From: a virus
Lineage: Duplodnaviria; Heunggongvirae; Uroviricota; Caudoviricetes
Reading direction: 5' to 3' (one strand)
Virus record (IMG/VR): IMGVR_UViG_3300029305_007758
DNA length: 22,874 nt
In this document: one piece after another, positions 8,877-17,826 of the stretch
Position numbering within the stretch: position 1 is the stretch's first letter
Layout: every line of letters starts with the position of its first letter
The notes under the pieces: generated by a model
What the model was told of the DNA's origin: nothing
Database searches by the model: none
The model's input: the letters and a program-made list of their open reading frames with translations, nothing else
Made by a program: the position numbers and the translations under genes

Positions 8877-10388
8877 TTAAGATTCTGTGCCAGTATTTAT
8901 TTCTGTCTCAGTCTCTAATTCTGTTTCAATTTCAATCGTTTCAGATACATTTGTTTCCGGAATTACTTGTGAACCAGTATTACTGATACAAGTCATAGAT
9001 GAAACAATATAGCCATCATATAAGCCTTCAGGCTCTGTAAATATTACTGTATAAATTTCATTTTCTTGTGGTGTTTCTTTACCAGATTTCTGTGTGTACT
9101 TTAACATAATGACTTCATAATTTTCTGTATTCACAGCTTTGATTTCATATATGTTGTTTTTATCAGAAATTGTTGGCTCAGATACTACAATGAATTCATA
9201 ATCACCGGTATAATATCCGTATTCATCCGCTTTAAGCACCGTTTTATTTTTAATCGGGTTCTTTTGCGATTCAATATATTGGTCATAAGTATTTCCCATA
9301 CCGTCTACTGATTCAAAATTATCAATGAGTTCAGATGCAACTAAGAAACTGTTTTGATCAAATATAAGTCCTATTGTTGTACCATCTACACGTCCTTCTT
9401 CGTTATATGTGTAAATTGTTTTATTGTAGTCACTTGCTTGTAACGATTTATAGTCTGTTTCGTCTTTTAAATAACGAAACATTCCGACACCATTCATATT
9501 GTAATAACCAGTTGTTACATAATCAGGAATGTGAATTTCAGCAATATGCTCTGTAATAAATGAAAACGAACCAAACATGTAGTTTTCAGCACTTGAGAAA
9601 TAATGCACATTACAAGTTAAATTTGCTGCAATCTTTTCGGTTCCGGTTCTAATGTCACATGCATATACATTCATTAATTTTAAACCGGCAATTGTTCCGG
9701 AAAGTGATACATTTACAGGTGATACTCGTTCATAGCTTGCTGGTGTTGCATTTTCAGCAATTGTTCCAACTTCTCCTAATTCACCAAGTGCCACAAAATA
9801 AATACTTGTAGCTTCTAATCCATCAAAACCAACCGCATCAGATGTGGTCATTGTATGACCTTTTTTATTGCTATCTTTTTTTGCAGAATAGTATCTGTAA
9901 TTTGAAGATAAATCTTGTGTCAATCCACATACACCTAACGTGTATCCGTTATCAAAGAATTTTTCCAGTGCATATTTTGTTGGAATGTATGTTGCTGACT
10001 TATAAATCATTTTATCGCCAGGATACATAGTCGGGATTAATCCTTCATCGACATTATAATTAACCCACATAATACGATTTGAATTAAATCCGACACTTGA
10101 TTCATATACGTCAGTAAAATTCTTTTCTACAGCTGCATATATCGGATAATACTTTGTTACTTCAATTTCTGTTTCAGTACCGTCTTTTGCTACCTGAGTT
10201 TCTGTTTCAGTACGTACAATGTAGTACATATCATTTGGCAATTCTGCTTCTGACAAATAATATATTGGTGCAAAATCGTCCGGTGTTTTATATGCTGCTA
10301 CGTTTTCCGTTTGCTTTTGTCCACATGCAGCAAATAAAACTGTAGCCAACATTGTTAATAACATTAATAAATATTTATGTTTCTTCAT
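8877..10388 (-). CDS. Lipoprotein of unknown function (start moved from 10400 to 10388)
   Basis: MKKHKY-hydrophobic-LFAACG lipobox signal peptide; GAAAGGA RBS 11 nt before ATG 10388; Thr/Glu-rich C-terminal tail. Confidence 0.8.
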   Translation of the reverse strand: MKKHKYLLMLLTMLATVLFAACGQKQTENVAAYKTPDDFAPIYYLSEAELPNDMYYIVRTETETQVAKDGTETEIEVTKYYPIYAAVEKNFTDVYESSVGFNSNRIMWVNYNVDEGLIPTMYPGDKMIYKSATYIPTKYALEKFFDNGYTLGVCGLTQDLSSNYRYYSAKKDSNKKGHTMTTSDAVGFDGLEATSIYFVALGELGEVGTIAENATPASYERVSPVNVSLSGTIAGLKLMNVYACDIRTGTEKIAANLTCNVHYFSSAENYMFGSFSFITEHIAEIHIPDYVTTGYYNMNGVGMFRYLKDETDYKSLQASDYNKTIYTYNEEGRVDGTTIGLIFDQNSFLVASELIDNFESVDGMGNTYDQYIESQKNPIKNKTVLKADEYGYYTGDYEFIVVSEPTISDKNNIYEIKAVNTENYEVIMLKYTQKSGKETPQENEIYTVIFTEPEGLYDGYIVSSMTCISNTGSQVIPETNVSETIEIETELETETEINTGTES

Positions 10389-10428
10389 GTAAAAAATCAT
10401 CCTTTCGATAAATCTAAATCTTTCAGAT

Positions 10429-10438
10429 TAAATATGGT
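10429..10438 (-). promoter_or_regulatory. Class I motif ACCATATTTA upstream of the lipoprotein
   Basis: Exact 10-mer 41 nt before ATG 10388. Confidence 0.6.
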
Positions 10439-10450
10439 TTCAACATCTGC

Positions 10451-10486
10451 AAACAAAAACAAAGACGGGAACATACAATCCCCGCC
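10451..10486 (-). terminator. Intrinsic terminator after recD2
   Basis: Minus-strand GGCGGG...CCCGTC followed by TTTGTTTTTGTTT. Confidence 0.7.
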
Positions 10487-10493
10487 TTAAGTA

Positions 10494-12707
10494 TTATGCC
10501 ACAAGTCGTTCCATCAATCGTGTATTACGTTTTGCGTCATCTGTATTATTGATACAATCTATCAAAGCGTCGTCGACATAAACAATTGTTACCATTTCTC
10601 TTGCACGTGTAACTGCCGTATACAATAATGAACGATGCATCATATTTTTTGCTGCTTCTGGTAAGAAAATAATAATAATTGGATTTTCAGAACCTTGTGA
10701 CTTATGAATTGTAAATGAGTATGCATGTATCATGTCATGAATTGCTGCATGTGGTAATACCTTTGATTCGTTGCTAAAACCATCACTGACTACGATTTCG
10801 TTGTTATCAATGTAATCAATGATACAAATTTCTCCATTTACATACAACGGCTCTGCTTCGTCCTCATCTTCAGCTGTAATATATTGATTTCTTAAAAACA
10901 TTACCTTATCTCCCGGCTGAATATCACTTGAAGCATTTTCATCTTTGTGTACAAGTGTTTTATGTACAAATTCATTTACCGCATACGTGCCTACACTGCC
11001 TTTCTTTGATGGTTGAATAACCTGAGTTTTAAACGGATCATCGTTATCATAATATTTTGTTATCAAATTCTTTAATGTTTCAAATCCATTTTCATCATCT
11101 TCACATTTGATAACATGAAAATCTTTATCATTTGCAATTGGCATCTGGCCATCTAAGATAAGGTTTGCATTGTCAACAATTGTACCTTCATCCTTTTGTC
11201 TAAAATTTTCAGTCAATCTGTAAACAGGAAACATATTTGATGCAATAATATCATGTAAACAATTTCCTGCGCCAACAGATGGTAACTGAAACTCATCTCC
11301 TACAAACAAAATTCGTGTTGTATCTTTGAGCGCAAATAATAACATTTCAAGCTTCATTGCATCTACCATTGACATTTCATCAACAATAAGAAAATCAATA
11401 TCTAATGGATTTGCAGCATTATATGTTAGAAGATTTCCTGTTTCAAAAGGCTTTGAGCCAACCAATTTATCAATTGTATAAGCCTTATATTCACCATCAA
11501 GTGATTCTGACAAACGTTTTGCTGCACGACCGGTTGGTGCAACGAATTTTACATTTGCATGCGGATAATATTTCTTGTAATATTCAACAATACCTTTAAT
11601 TGTTGACGTTTTACCGGTGCCTGGCCCGCCCGTCAACACTACAACTCCACCATCCTCTAACATGTAAAATGAATGTCTCTGATCTTTTCCGTAACGAACT
11701 CGAAATCTTTTTTCAATATCAACAATTTCTTCTATTTTAACTGCAATATTGATTTTTGCAGTTTGTGAAATTACTTTTAATCGATTTGCAATGTTAATTT
11801 CAGCATTGTATAGCTTCTTCAATGCAATCATTCCTGTATTAATGTCTAAATAAACTCTTGGATTATTTATAATTGCGTCAGAAATACAAATGGCAGGAAT
11901 TACAGTTGCATAGACAGATCTTACAGAAAACTTATTCAATTCTTTTGCCAATTCATCTGCAAAAGCATAAGTATGTCCATCACTTCCTTGCTTTTCTAAA
12001 TAAAACTCAACAAGACCATTGATGCGATCTTTATTTAATGCAGGAAGATTAATCGCATATGCAACGGCATCAGCAAGTCTCATGCTAATACCAAACTGTA
12101 AAAAAACTCTGTATGGATTTTGTTTGATAAATTTAACTGCATCCTGTTTATATGCATCATAAATATCAAGAATCATTTTGTAATCAATATTATATGGTGA
12201 TAAAAACTGTTCCAATTCTGTTAATGCAGTTTCTGTATCAAAAATTGCTAATACAAATTTATTGATAGAATTTAAATTCCATGTTGGAAAGTCTTTTGAT
12301 AATGATTGTTGCATTGTAAAATGGTCCATACAAACAATATCTTTTCCATACAGTTCTACCATTTGTTCAATTTTTCTTTGTCCAATACCTGTGTTTTTTG
12401 ATTTTGTTAACGATGAATAATAATCAATTGTTGTTTTCTCATTCATCCAAACAAAATTACACTGTGTACAGTTAAAACCATCTTCATCCCAAACACCTTC
12501 TACTTCAACCGGCATGTTAACAACCAGACCGGTTCTAAAAGAACGACAGCAAACAGTATTATCTGCTTCACGTTTGACATTTTTAGCTGGGGTATCAATA
12601 TAAAAATACGTTTTCCCATTTGTATCAACTTTTGTGGAGATTGATTTTACAATGCCACGATATTTAATTAAACAATCAGCATTAATTGAATTTGTTACAA
12701 TATCCAT
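10494..12707 (-). CDS. recD2: RecD2-like SF1B 5'-3' DNA helicase (start moved from 12749 to 12707)
   Basis: GGPGTGKT, APTGRAAKRL, IVDEMSMVD, VGDEFQLPSVGAG, RLTENFRQ, TIHKSQGSE, YTAVTRAR; RBS AGAGGTG before ATG 12707. Confidence 0.92.
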   Translation of the reverse strand: MDIVTNSINADCLIKYRGIVKSISTKVDTNGKTYFYIDTPAKNVKREADNTVCCRSFRTGLVVNMPVEVEGVWDEDGFNCTQCNFVWMNEKTTIDYYSSLTKSKNTGIGQRKIEQMVELYGKDIVCMDHFTMQQSLSKDFPTWNLNSINKFVLAIFDTETALTELEQFLSPYNIDYKMILDIYDAYKQDAVKFIKQNPYRVFLQFGISMRLADAVAYAINLPALNKDRINGLVEFYLEKQGSDGHTYAFADELAKELNKFSVRSVYATVIPAICISDAIINNPRVYLDINTGMIALKKLYNAEINIANRLKVISQTAKINIAVKIEEIVDIEKRFRVRYGKDQRHSFYMLEDGGVVVLTGGPGTGKTSTIKGIVEYYKKYYPHANVKFVAPTGRAAKRLSESLDGEYKAYTIDKLVGSKPFETGNLLTYNAANPLDIDFLIVDEMSMVDAMKLEMLLFALKDTTRILFVGDEFQLPSVGAGNCLHDIIASNMFPVYRLTENFRQKDEGTIVDNANLILDGQMPIANDKDFHVIKCEDDENGFETLKNLITKYYDNDDPFKTQVIQPSKKGSVGTYAVNEFVHKTLVHKDENASSDIQPGDKVMFLRNQYITAEDEDEAEPLYVNGEICIIDYIDNNEIVVSDGFSNESKVLPHAAIHDMIHAYSFTIHKSQGSENPIIIIFLPEAAKNMMHRSLLYTAVTRAREMVTIVYVDDALIDCINNTDDAKRNTRLMERLVA

Positions 12708-12741
12708 CCTGTCACCTCTTTTATACCTGTTACATAATATT

Positions 12742-12763
12742 AGGGTCAAAAATGCCTAAAACG
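12742..12763 (-). promoter_or_regulatory. Class II bipartite motif CGTTT-N11-GACCCT upstream of recD2
   Basis: Fixed 11-nt spacer; 35 nt before ATG 12707. Confidence 0.55.
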
Positions 12764-12766
12764 TAG

Positions 12767-12806
12767 AAAAAAAAAGAAAGAGAATCTTCACATCCTCTTC
12801 CTTTTT
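12767..12806 (-). terminator. Intrinsic terminator after the epsilon-like gene
   Basis: Minus-strand AGGAAGAGGAT/ATTCTCTTTCT followed by a T run. Confidence 0.65.
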
Positions 12807-12826
12807 CTTTATTGCAAAACAATGTA

Positions 12827-13651
12827 TCAGCCTTCTGCCAACTTTATCAAATCCCAAATCGAGTCACATTTTTTATGATTCAATACATATGTTGTAAATG
12901 CGTCCATGTCAACCATATCAAAGAATCCCGGTGTCTTTTCTTCCCAAAAACCTGTGTAACAATTAAGTCTCACATCACCACATGGAGTGTTAAAAAAGAT
13001 ATACCGTCTATCGTAAGCAATTTTCCAATAACGAGCTTTTGTAACAGTAGTCTGCTCTGTTCCAGTTGGTACCAATGAGTATAACTTATTGAATAAGTCT
13101 ACGTACCCTTTTAATCCCTGGTCCGATTTGATTTTGAATCGAGTTGCTAATTCGACATAACCATATCCAACATTTTTTTTCTGGAATACTAAAGATTTCG
13201 CCATCTGTGTGATATTCAATACACAATTTACAGATAATTTTTTGTCGACGCGCATTAATTCATTCATTAAAAATGGACCAAGAAAATCTTTTGTATTAAA
13301 GCCTGCAACAGCAATTGGTTCGTTACCCAAAAATTCTGCCACCTTTTTAAATACTGTTTCAGAATCTGGCGCTTTTTCAATCATTTCATTTGTGATACAA
13401 TTAATTGCAGAAACTTCATTTGGAATTAATCTGTCCGGATTTACTAAAGTTTGATACGAATCCTGTAATACAAATTTATCATCCTGTAGCTGCACTTTTG
13501 CAATTGCAATTCCTACGACACGGTCATTAATTGGGTCTAAACCGGTTGTATCAATTTTAATTAAATATAATGGTTGCCATTTTACCTTTTGAATATTAGA
13601 ACGCCATGTAGATCGTTCATTTGTTTTATACATTCTTGTTTCTGTTGCCAT
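12827..13651 (-). CDS. DnaQ/epsilon-like DEDD exonuclease fold, catalytic residues apparently degenerate
   Basis: IKIDTTGLDPINDRVV, TLVNPDRLIP...ITNEMIEKAP, VAGFNTKDFL align with the epsilon fold, but DxE is KxD, HNxxFD is FNTKDFL, and no Exo III H...D is visible. Confidence 0.82.
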   Translation of the reverse strand: MATETRMYKTNERSTWRSNIQKVKWQPLYLIKIDTTGLDPINDRVVGIAIAKVQLQDDKFVLQDSYQTLVNPDRLIPNEVSAINCITNEMIEKAPDSETVFKKVAEFLGNEPIAVAGFNTKDFLGPFLMNELMRVDKKLSVNCVLNITQMAKSLVFQKKNVGYGYVELATRFKIKSDQGLKGYVDLFNKLYSLVPTGTEQTTVTKARYWKIAYDRRYIFFNTPCGDVRLNCYTGFWEEKTPGFFDMVDMDAFTTYVLNHKKCDSIWDLIKLAEG

Positions 13652-13702
13652 AATCTATTTTTACCTTTCGTTTTTATGCAAGTTTGCTGTCATGTAAATA
13701 AT

Positions 13703-13736
13703 AGGTTCATAATTTATATAAACGTAGTAAAAGTTT
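13703..13736 (-). promoter_or_regulatory. Class II motif AAACTTTTACTACGTTT-N11-GAACCT upstream of the epsilon-like gene
   Basis: 17-nt upstream block identical to the copy at 18312-18328. Confidence 0.6.
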
Positions 13737-13772
13737 AAAAAACTCTGTCTCAATTTTAACTGAAACAGAGTT
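13737..13772 (-). terminator. Intrinsic terminator after the PilZ gene
   Basis: Minus-strand AACTCTGTTTCA/TGAGACAGAGTT followed by TTTT. Confidence 0.75.
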
Positions 13773-13781
13773 TATGTTTTA

Positions 13782-14450
13782 CTATTTACGTTTTCGTCTT
13801 AATCCGGCACGTTGTTTTTCTGTTATATATTTTGATAATGCATAATCTTGTCGTTCTTTATATTTACATCCAATGGTAATCCTGTTGTCATTTGAATCTT
13901 TAATACGAACGACAATCAGTTTCATAGTAAAATTTGCTCCACATTCTTCATCTTTGAAGAACAATGTAACTTCATCATTTACCTTTATATTTATATTTTT
14001 TGCTGCAGATAATCCAATTCCATTCAAACTAATATCACGAAGCATTACATAGTCAGTTGTATTGTCTGGTAAATAAATAACTCCAGATACGCAAATTTGC
14101 TGTCTAAAACTACGTCTCAATCCTTTATTTGATATATTTTGATTACAAATAAAAACATGAAATGGATTTTTCCCGATTTTTATCATTTGAATAGAAATAT
14201 TGTCTGTCCAAATGTAAGATGTATTATTTTTTGTGCCAATAAAATGAATATCACAATCAGATATGTCAACCTTTGTTAGTTGAACAATTGGTTTTGTTAC
14301 AATAAAATTATCTCCAAATGTTTCTTTTAACTTTTCTACATGTTTCTGATTTAATGATACAACAGTTGTTTGTAAATCATAGTATTTCTGGTCTTTTCGT
14401 ACCAAACGAATTGTAACGGGTGTTTCCGGCACTATTTCATTAATATACAT
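13782..14450 (-). CDS. PilZ-domain c-di-GMP-binding protein (YcgR-like two-domain layout)
   Basis: RRSFR (RxxxR) and DISLNG (DxSxxG) motifs in the C-terminal half; ~110-aa N-terminal domain; RBS GAAAGGA. Confidence 0.85.
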   Translation of the reverse strand: MYINEIVPETPVTIRLVRKDQKYYDLQTTVVSLNQKHVEKLKETFGDNFIVTKPIVQLTKVDISDCDIHFIGTKNNTSYIWTDNISIQMIKIGKNPFHVFICNQNISNKGLRRSFRQQICVSGVIYLPDNTTDYVMLRDISLNGIGLSAAKNINIKVNDEVTLFFKDEECGANFTMKLIVVRIKDSNDNRITIGCKYKERQDYALSKYITEKQRAGLRRKRK

Positions 14451-14481
14451 TGATTAAGTTTCCTTTCACGTTTTGTTACAT

Positions 14482-14491
14482 TAAATATGGT
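14482..14491 (-). promoter_or_regulatory. Class I motif ACCATATTTA upstream of the PilZ gene
   Basis: Exact 10-mer 32 nt before ATG 14450. Confidence 0.6.
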
Positions 14492-14501
14492 TTGAATTAT
14501 A

Positions 14502-14542
14502 ACAAACAAAAACACCGTACCAACATTTTGTTGATACGGCAT
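14502..14542 (-). terminator. Intrinsic terminator after the SF2 helicase
   Basis: Minus-strand GCCGTATCAAC/GTTGGTACGGT followed by GTTTTTGTTTGTT. Confidence 0.75.
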
Positions 14543-14550
14543 TTTATTTC

Positions 14551-16290
14551 TTATGAATAAAATCCACTACCGCCACTCTGATAATTATTACCAGTTTTCT
14601 TTGTAGCGTTTTTGTTATTTCCATTTAGATACAATTTCTTTGGTTCATTTTTTAAGCGTTCAATAATGAGACTTGCCTGATGTTTGTTTAATTTGTTAAT
14701 TTCAATATCACCCGGGTCAAATCTTGTCTCAGTAAACAATATCCGAATATAATTCTTCTGTGCATCTGATGCCGGACCAGAGCCCCATTCTGCCACAAGA
14801 CGTGAGTCCCATAAAGCTCTGGAATCGACTTCTCTTTTAAGCAAATAATTATACACACCATTAATAATATCCTGCAATGGCATTTTCTTCGTCTTCTTTG
14901 TAACAGGTAATCCATGTTCATCTTTCTCTGTAAAAATAGCACATGTATCACCTAATGCATCGGAACGAGGAATTGTAATTTCTTTACCTTTACCAAGACT
15001 AAGCTTTAACGAATTGTCGCCCATTGGTACAAAGTTAATATCTCGCAAATCAACTTCGTTTTCTTGAGCAAATAATGCAACACGCTTTGCACCATTAATC
15101 CAACTGTCCGGACCATCAAGTAGTACCTCAATTGTTTCTTCCATATCTGTCACTTTGATACCCTGTAACTTTTCTCGTTTCTTTCTTGGTACTGCTTCAA
15201 TATTTAAGCCAAACAAATGTCCAATATTTACTGGTTTTTGTTTTGTAACACCAACACAATCAACAAGTGTTAATGCCTCTTTCCCCGGATATGGACGTAA
15301 TCCACGTCCAACCATCTGTGTATACAAACTCTGATTCTGGGTTGGTCGAGCCATAAGCACTGTTTCAATAAGAGGTATGTCTGTGCCTTCTGAAAACACC
15401 ATTACACTGGTAATACATGGAATTTTTCGTTCTGTAAATCTTTTAATAATCTCTGACCGATTCGGCGTTTCTCCGGTTACAGTTACGGCTCCAGGAATTT
15501 TTGCTGCAATTGCCTGAGCATGTGCAACACTTACTGCAAAAATGAGTGTCTGACCTTTATGATATTTATTATATGCTTCAACTACTGCATCAACACATTC
15601 TGTTTTCATCATTGCATCGGATAAACTTGAAACGTTATAGTCACCCATCTGATTTTTGACTTTACTTAAATTGTATTTTACATCTACTTGATAGCAATCA
15701 ATATCTGTAAGAAAACCTTCTTTGATTCCCCATTTCATGTCACGCATATAAATGATATCTTCATAAATTTTGTGTAAATCAGCTTTATCATTACGATCTG
15801 GTGTTGCAGTGAATCCAATATGAATGCGTGGTTTAAAGTATTCATAAATCTTTTGATACGATGGTGCTGTTGCATGATGCGCTTCATCCGTAATAATCAT
15901 ATCAAATTCATCCGGATGAAACCGTTTTAATCTTCGCACTAATGATTGAACTGACGCAGATACAACTTCCTCACCGTTACTTGATTCCTCTGCTTGTTCT
16001 ACACCGAAACTACAATCATAATACTTTTGAGGCTGATGTACTAATTCGTCACGATGACTAAGAATCAAAACACGGCCACGACGAGGAATGTGAGAAAAAA
16101 TGTATGTTTTACCCACACCTGTGGGTAGCACCACCAAATGCGACCCACCATTACATTTTTCAATCGCTTCAATTGCTTCTTTCTGATAGTAACGCAATGT
16201 CGATTGGTCCGGTATATGCGGTGGATCAAATTTTACCGGCACAAATGATGTTGTAATGTCAACTTCTTTTGTTTTCTTTTTTGTTGCCAT
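14551..16290 (-). CDS. SF2 DEAH-box helicase (Irc3/YejH-like; ResIII plus Helicase_C)
   Basis: LPTGVGKT, IITDEAH, GFTATP, FSEGTDIP, RPTQNQSLYTQMVGRGLR; RBS AAGGAG. Confidence 0.9.
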   Translation of the reverse strand: MATKKKTKEVDITTSFVPVKFDPPHIPDQSTLRYYQKEAIEAIEKCNGGSHLVVLPTGVGKTYIFSHIPRRGRVLILSHRDELVHQPQKYYDCSFGVEQAEESSNGEEVVSASVQSLVRRLKRFHPDEFDMIITDEAHHATAPSYQKIYEYFKPRIHIGFTATPDRNDKADLHKIYEDIIYMRDMKWGIKEGFLTDIDCYQVDVKYNLSKVKNQMGDYNVSSLSDAMMKTECVDAVVEAYNKYHKGQTLIFAVSVAHAQAIAAKIPGAVTVTGETPNRSEIIKRFTERKIPCITSVMVFSEGTDIPLIETVLMARPTQNQSLYTQMVGRGLRPYPGKEALTLVDCVGVTKQKPVNIGHLFGLNIEAVPRKKREKLQGIKVTDMEETIEVLLDGPDSWINGAKRVALFAQENEVDLRDINFVPMGDNSLKLSLGKGKEITIPRSDALGDTCAIFTEKDEHGLPVTKKTKKMPLQDIINGVYNYLLKREVDSRALWDSRLVAEWGSGPASDAQKNYIRILFTETRFDPGDIEINKLNKHQASLIIERLKNEPKKLYLNGNNKNATKKTGNNYQSGGSGFYS

Positions 16291-16305
16291 AATAACTCCT
16301 TATAC

Positions 16306-16341
16306 AAAAACACGCGCCCCTCTGTGTTAGAGGAACGCGTT
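16306..16341 (-). terminator. Intrinsic terminator after the parM-like operon
   Basis: Minus-strand ACGCGTTCCTCT/AGAGGGGCGCGT followed by GTTTTT. Confidence 0.75.
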
Positions 16342-16420
16342 TCTTGTTCCAAATATTTAATTGAAAATGGTTTTCGTCATCTTCAATCGAATCATTAAGC
16401 TTTAGCTTAATATACTTCGA

Positions 16421-17437
16421 TTATGCTGCAATTTTAATACGTAACACATCTTTACGGCCACACATTGCTTTTAAAAAACCAATTGCATTTACAAATGAAC
16501 TTTCTTCCGGAATGATGATGTCTTCGCCAAATACTTCTTTTACTTCATTTTCAATCATGTTGATTGTTCCACCAATGAATACAAACTGTGTGTAATCAAC
16601 CGGCCACTGTGCCGCACGACAATCATTCATAATGTCTGTAACATAAGTGTTAATATATTTATCAACGATATTTTTTGAATCTTTTTCAATCTGTAAATTT
16701 GGTCTCGTTGGTTTCAAACAACGGTTATCACCGACACGTTTTAATAATTCCATTACATTCTTTTCATTGACACGAGAAAATGCTGCAGATAATTTCTGTG
16801 CCAATCCTGAAATCAACGCTTTTGCACCTTTATCTGTTGTAACAGATGTAAGTGAGTCAATTTCACCTGCATCAAACATTGTCATGTTTACATTTAAGAA
16901 ACCAATATCTACAACACCAACGGTACCGGTTGGGTCTACACCATTTGCAAAAATCGCACCATATGTTTCCGGATATACATATCTGCCAACAATTTTGAAT
17001 TTCTTTGTTACAGGTTCAGATTCACCTGTTAATTTGTATCTCATTTCAATTTCGTCTTCCGGCAAAATAAATTCACGATATTTGTTACGAATCGCTACTT
17101 CCTGATAATCTTTTACCGGAATGCCGATTGCTACATAAACTTCATCGACTTCATCTTCTGAACATTCTCTTGCAATCGCAAATAATGTACTAAGTTTATG
17201 AACAAATGTCTTCTTTGAAGAAATTAATTCTGTACCAATTGTTGCTGCATGGCCAACCTTATACGTATGGCCTTTCATTTCAACAAGATATGTATCTTTC
17301 CCCGGGTCTGTATCTTCAAATGTACCTTCTTCATATTTTGTTTCAAAACTTGCTGTTTTGACGGTTTCTGTTGCAGCATCGTATACTGCTACTTTTGTGT
17401 GTCCTTTACCTGAATCAACTGCAATGTATCTTTTCAT
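16421..17437 (-). CDS. ParM/StbA/Alp-family actin-like segregation ATPase
   Basis: IAVDSGKGHTK (phosphate 1), YVYPETYGA, VGVVDIGFLNVN (phosphate 2), FVFIGGT (adenosine); 338 aa; RBS AAGGAG. Confidence 0.88.
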   Translation of the reverse strand: MKRYIAVDSGKGHTKVAVYDAATETVKTASFETKYEEGTFEDTDPGKDTYLVEMKGHTYKVGHAATIGTELISSKKTFVHKLSTLFAIARECSEDEVDEVYVAIGIPVKDYQEVAIRNKYREFILPEDEIEMRYKLTGESEPVTKKFKIVGRYVYPETYGAIFANGVDPTGTVGVVDIGFLNVNMTMFDAGEIDSLTSVTTDKGAKALISGLAQKLSAAFSRVNEKNVMELLKRVGDNRCLKPTRPNLQIEKDSKNIVDKYINTYVTDIMNDCRAAQWPVDYTQFVFIGGTINMIENEVKEVFGEDIIIPEESSFVNAIGFLKAMCGRKDVLRIKIAA

Positions 17438-17451
17438 ATTTGTCTCCTTAT

Positions 17452-17826
17452 TTACGCATCCATCTTATCAATTAATGCAAAAAATGGATCTTCTTCTGCT
17501 ACTGTTTTATTTGTTTCAACTAACACTTTTTTTTCTACCTTTTTAGGTTCAGTTTTCTTTGGCGTTGTTTTTGCCGGTTCCAAAACTGGAGCTGACCCCA
17601 CTTTGGTTTTTTCAGTTTCTGTCACAATTGCTTGTTCTGTTACAACTGGAATAACCTGTGCTGTTTGCATCGGAATTGGAATACTCTGAATATTTGTACC
17701 AAACCCATTTTGAATTTCAAGCATTGCCTGTCCACGAAACTGAATATATTCCTGTGGTGTCAATTTTCGTCCGATCAATGTTTCATAATCAGATATCATT
17801 TCTCTTGTCAATTCTGTGATTGTCAT
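17452..17826 (-). CDS. Hypothetical protein, candidate adaptor for the actin-like ATPase
   Basis: Directly upstream of the ParM-like gene; helical N-terminus, Lys/Thr/Pro/Glu-rich linker, C-terminal DPFFALIDKMDA; start overlaps the upstream stop (ATGA/GTGA-type 4-nt overlap). Confidence 0.7.
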   Translation of the reverse strand: MTITELTREMISDYETLIGRKLTPQEYIQFRGQAMLEIQNGFGTNIQSIPIPMQTAQVIPVVTEQAIVTETEKTKVGSAPVLEPAKTTPKKTEPKKVEKKVLVETNKTVAEEDPFFALIDKMDA

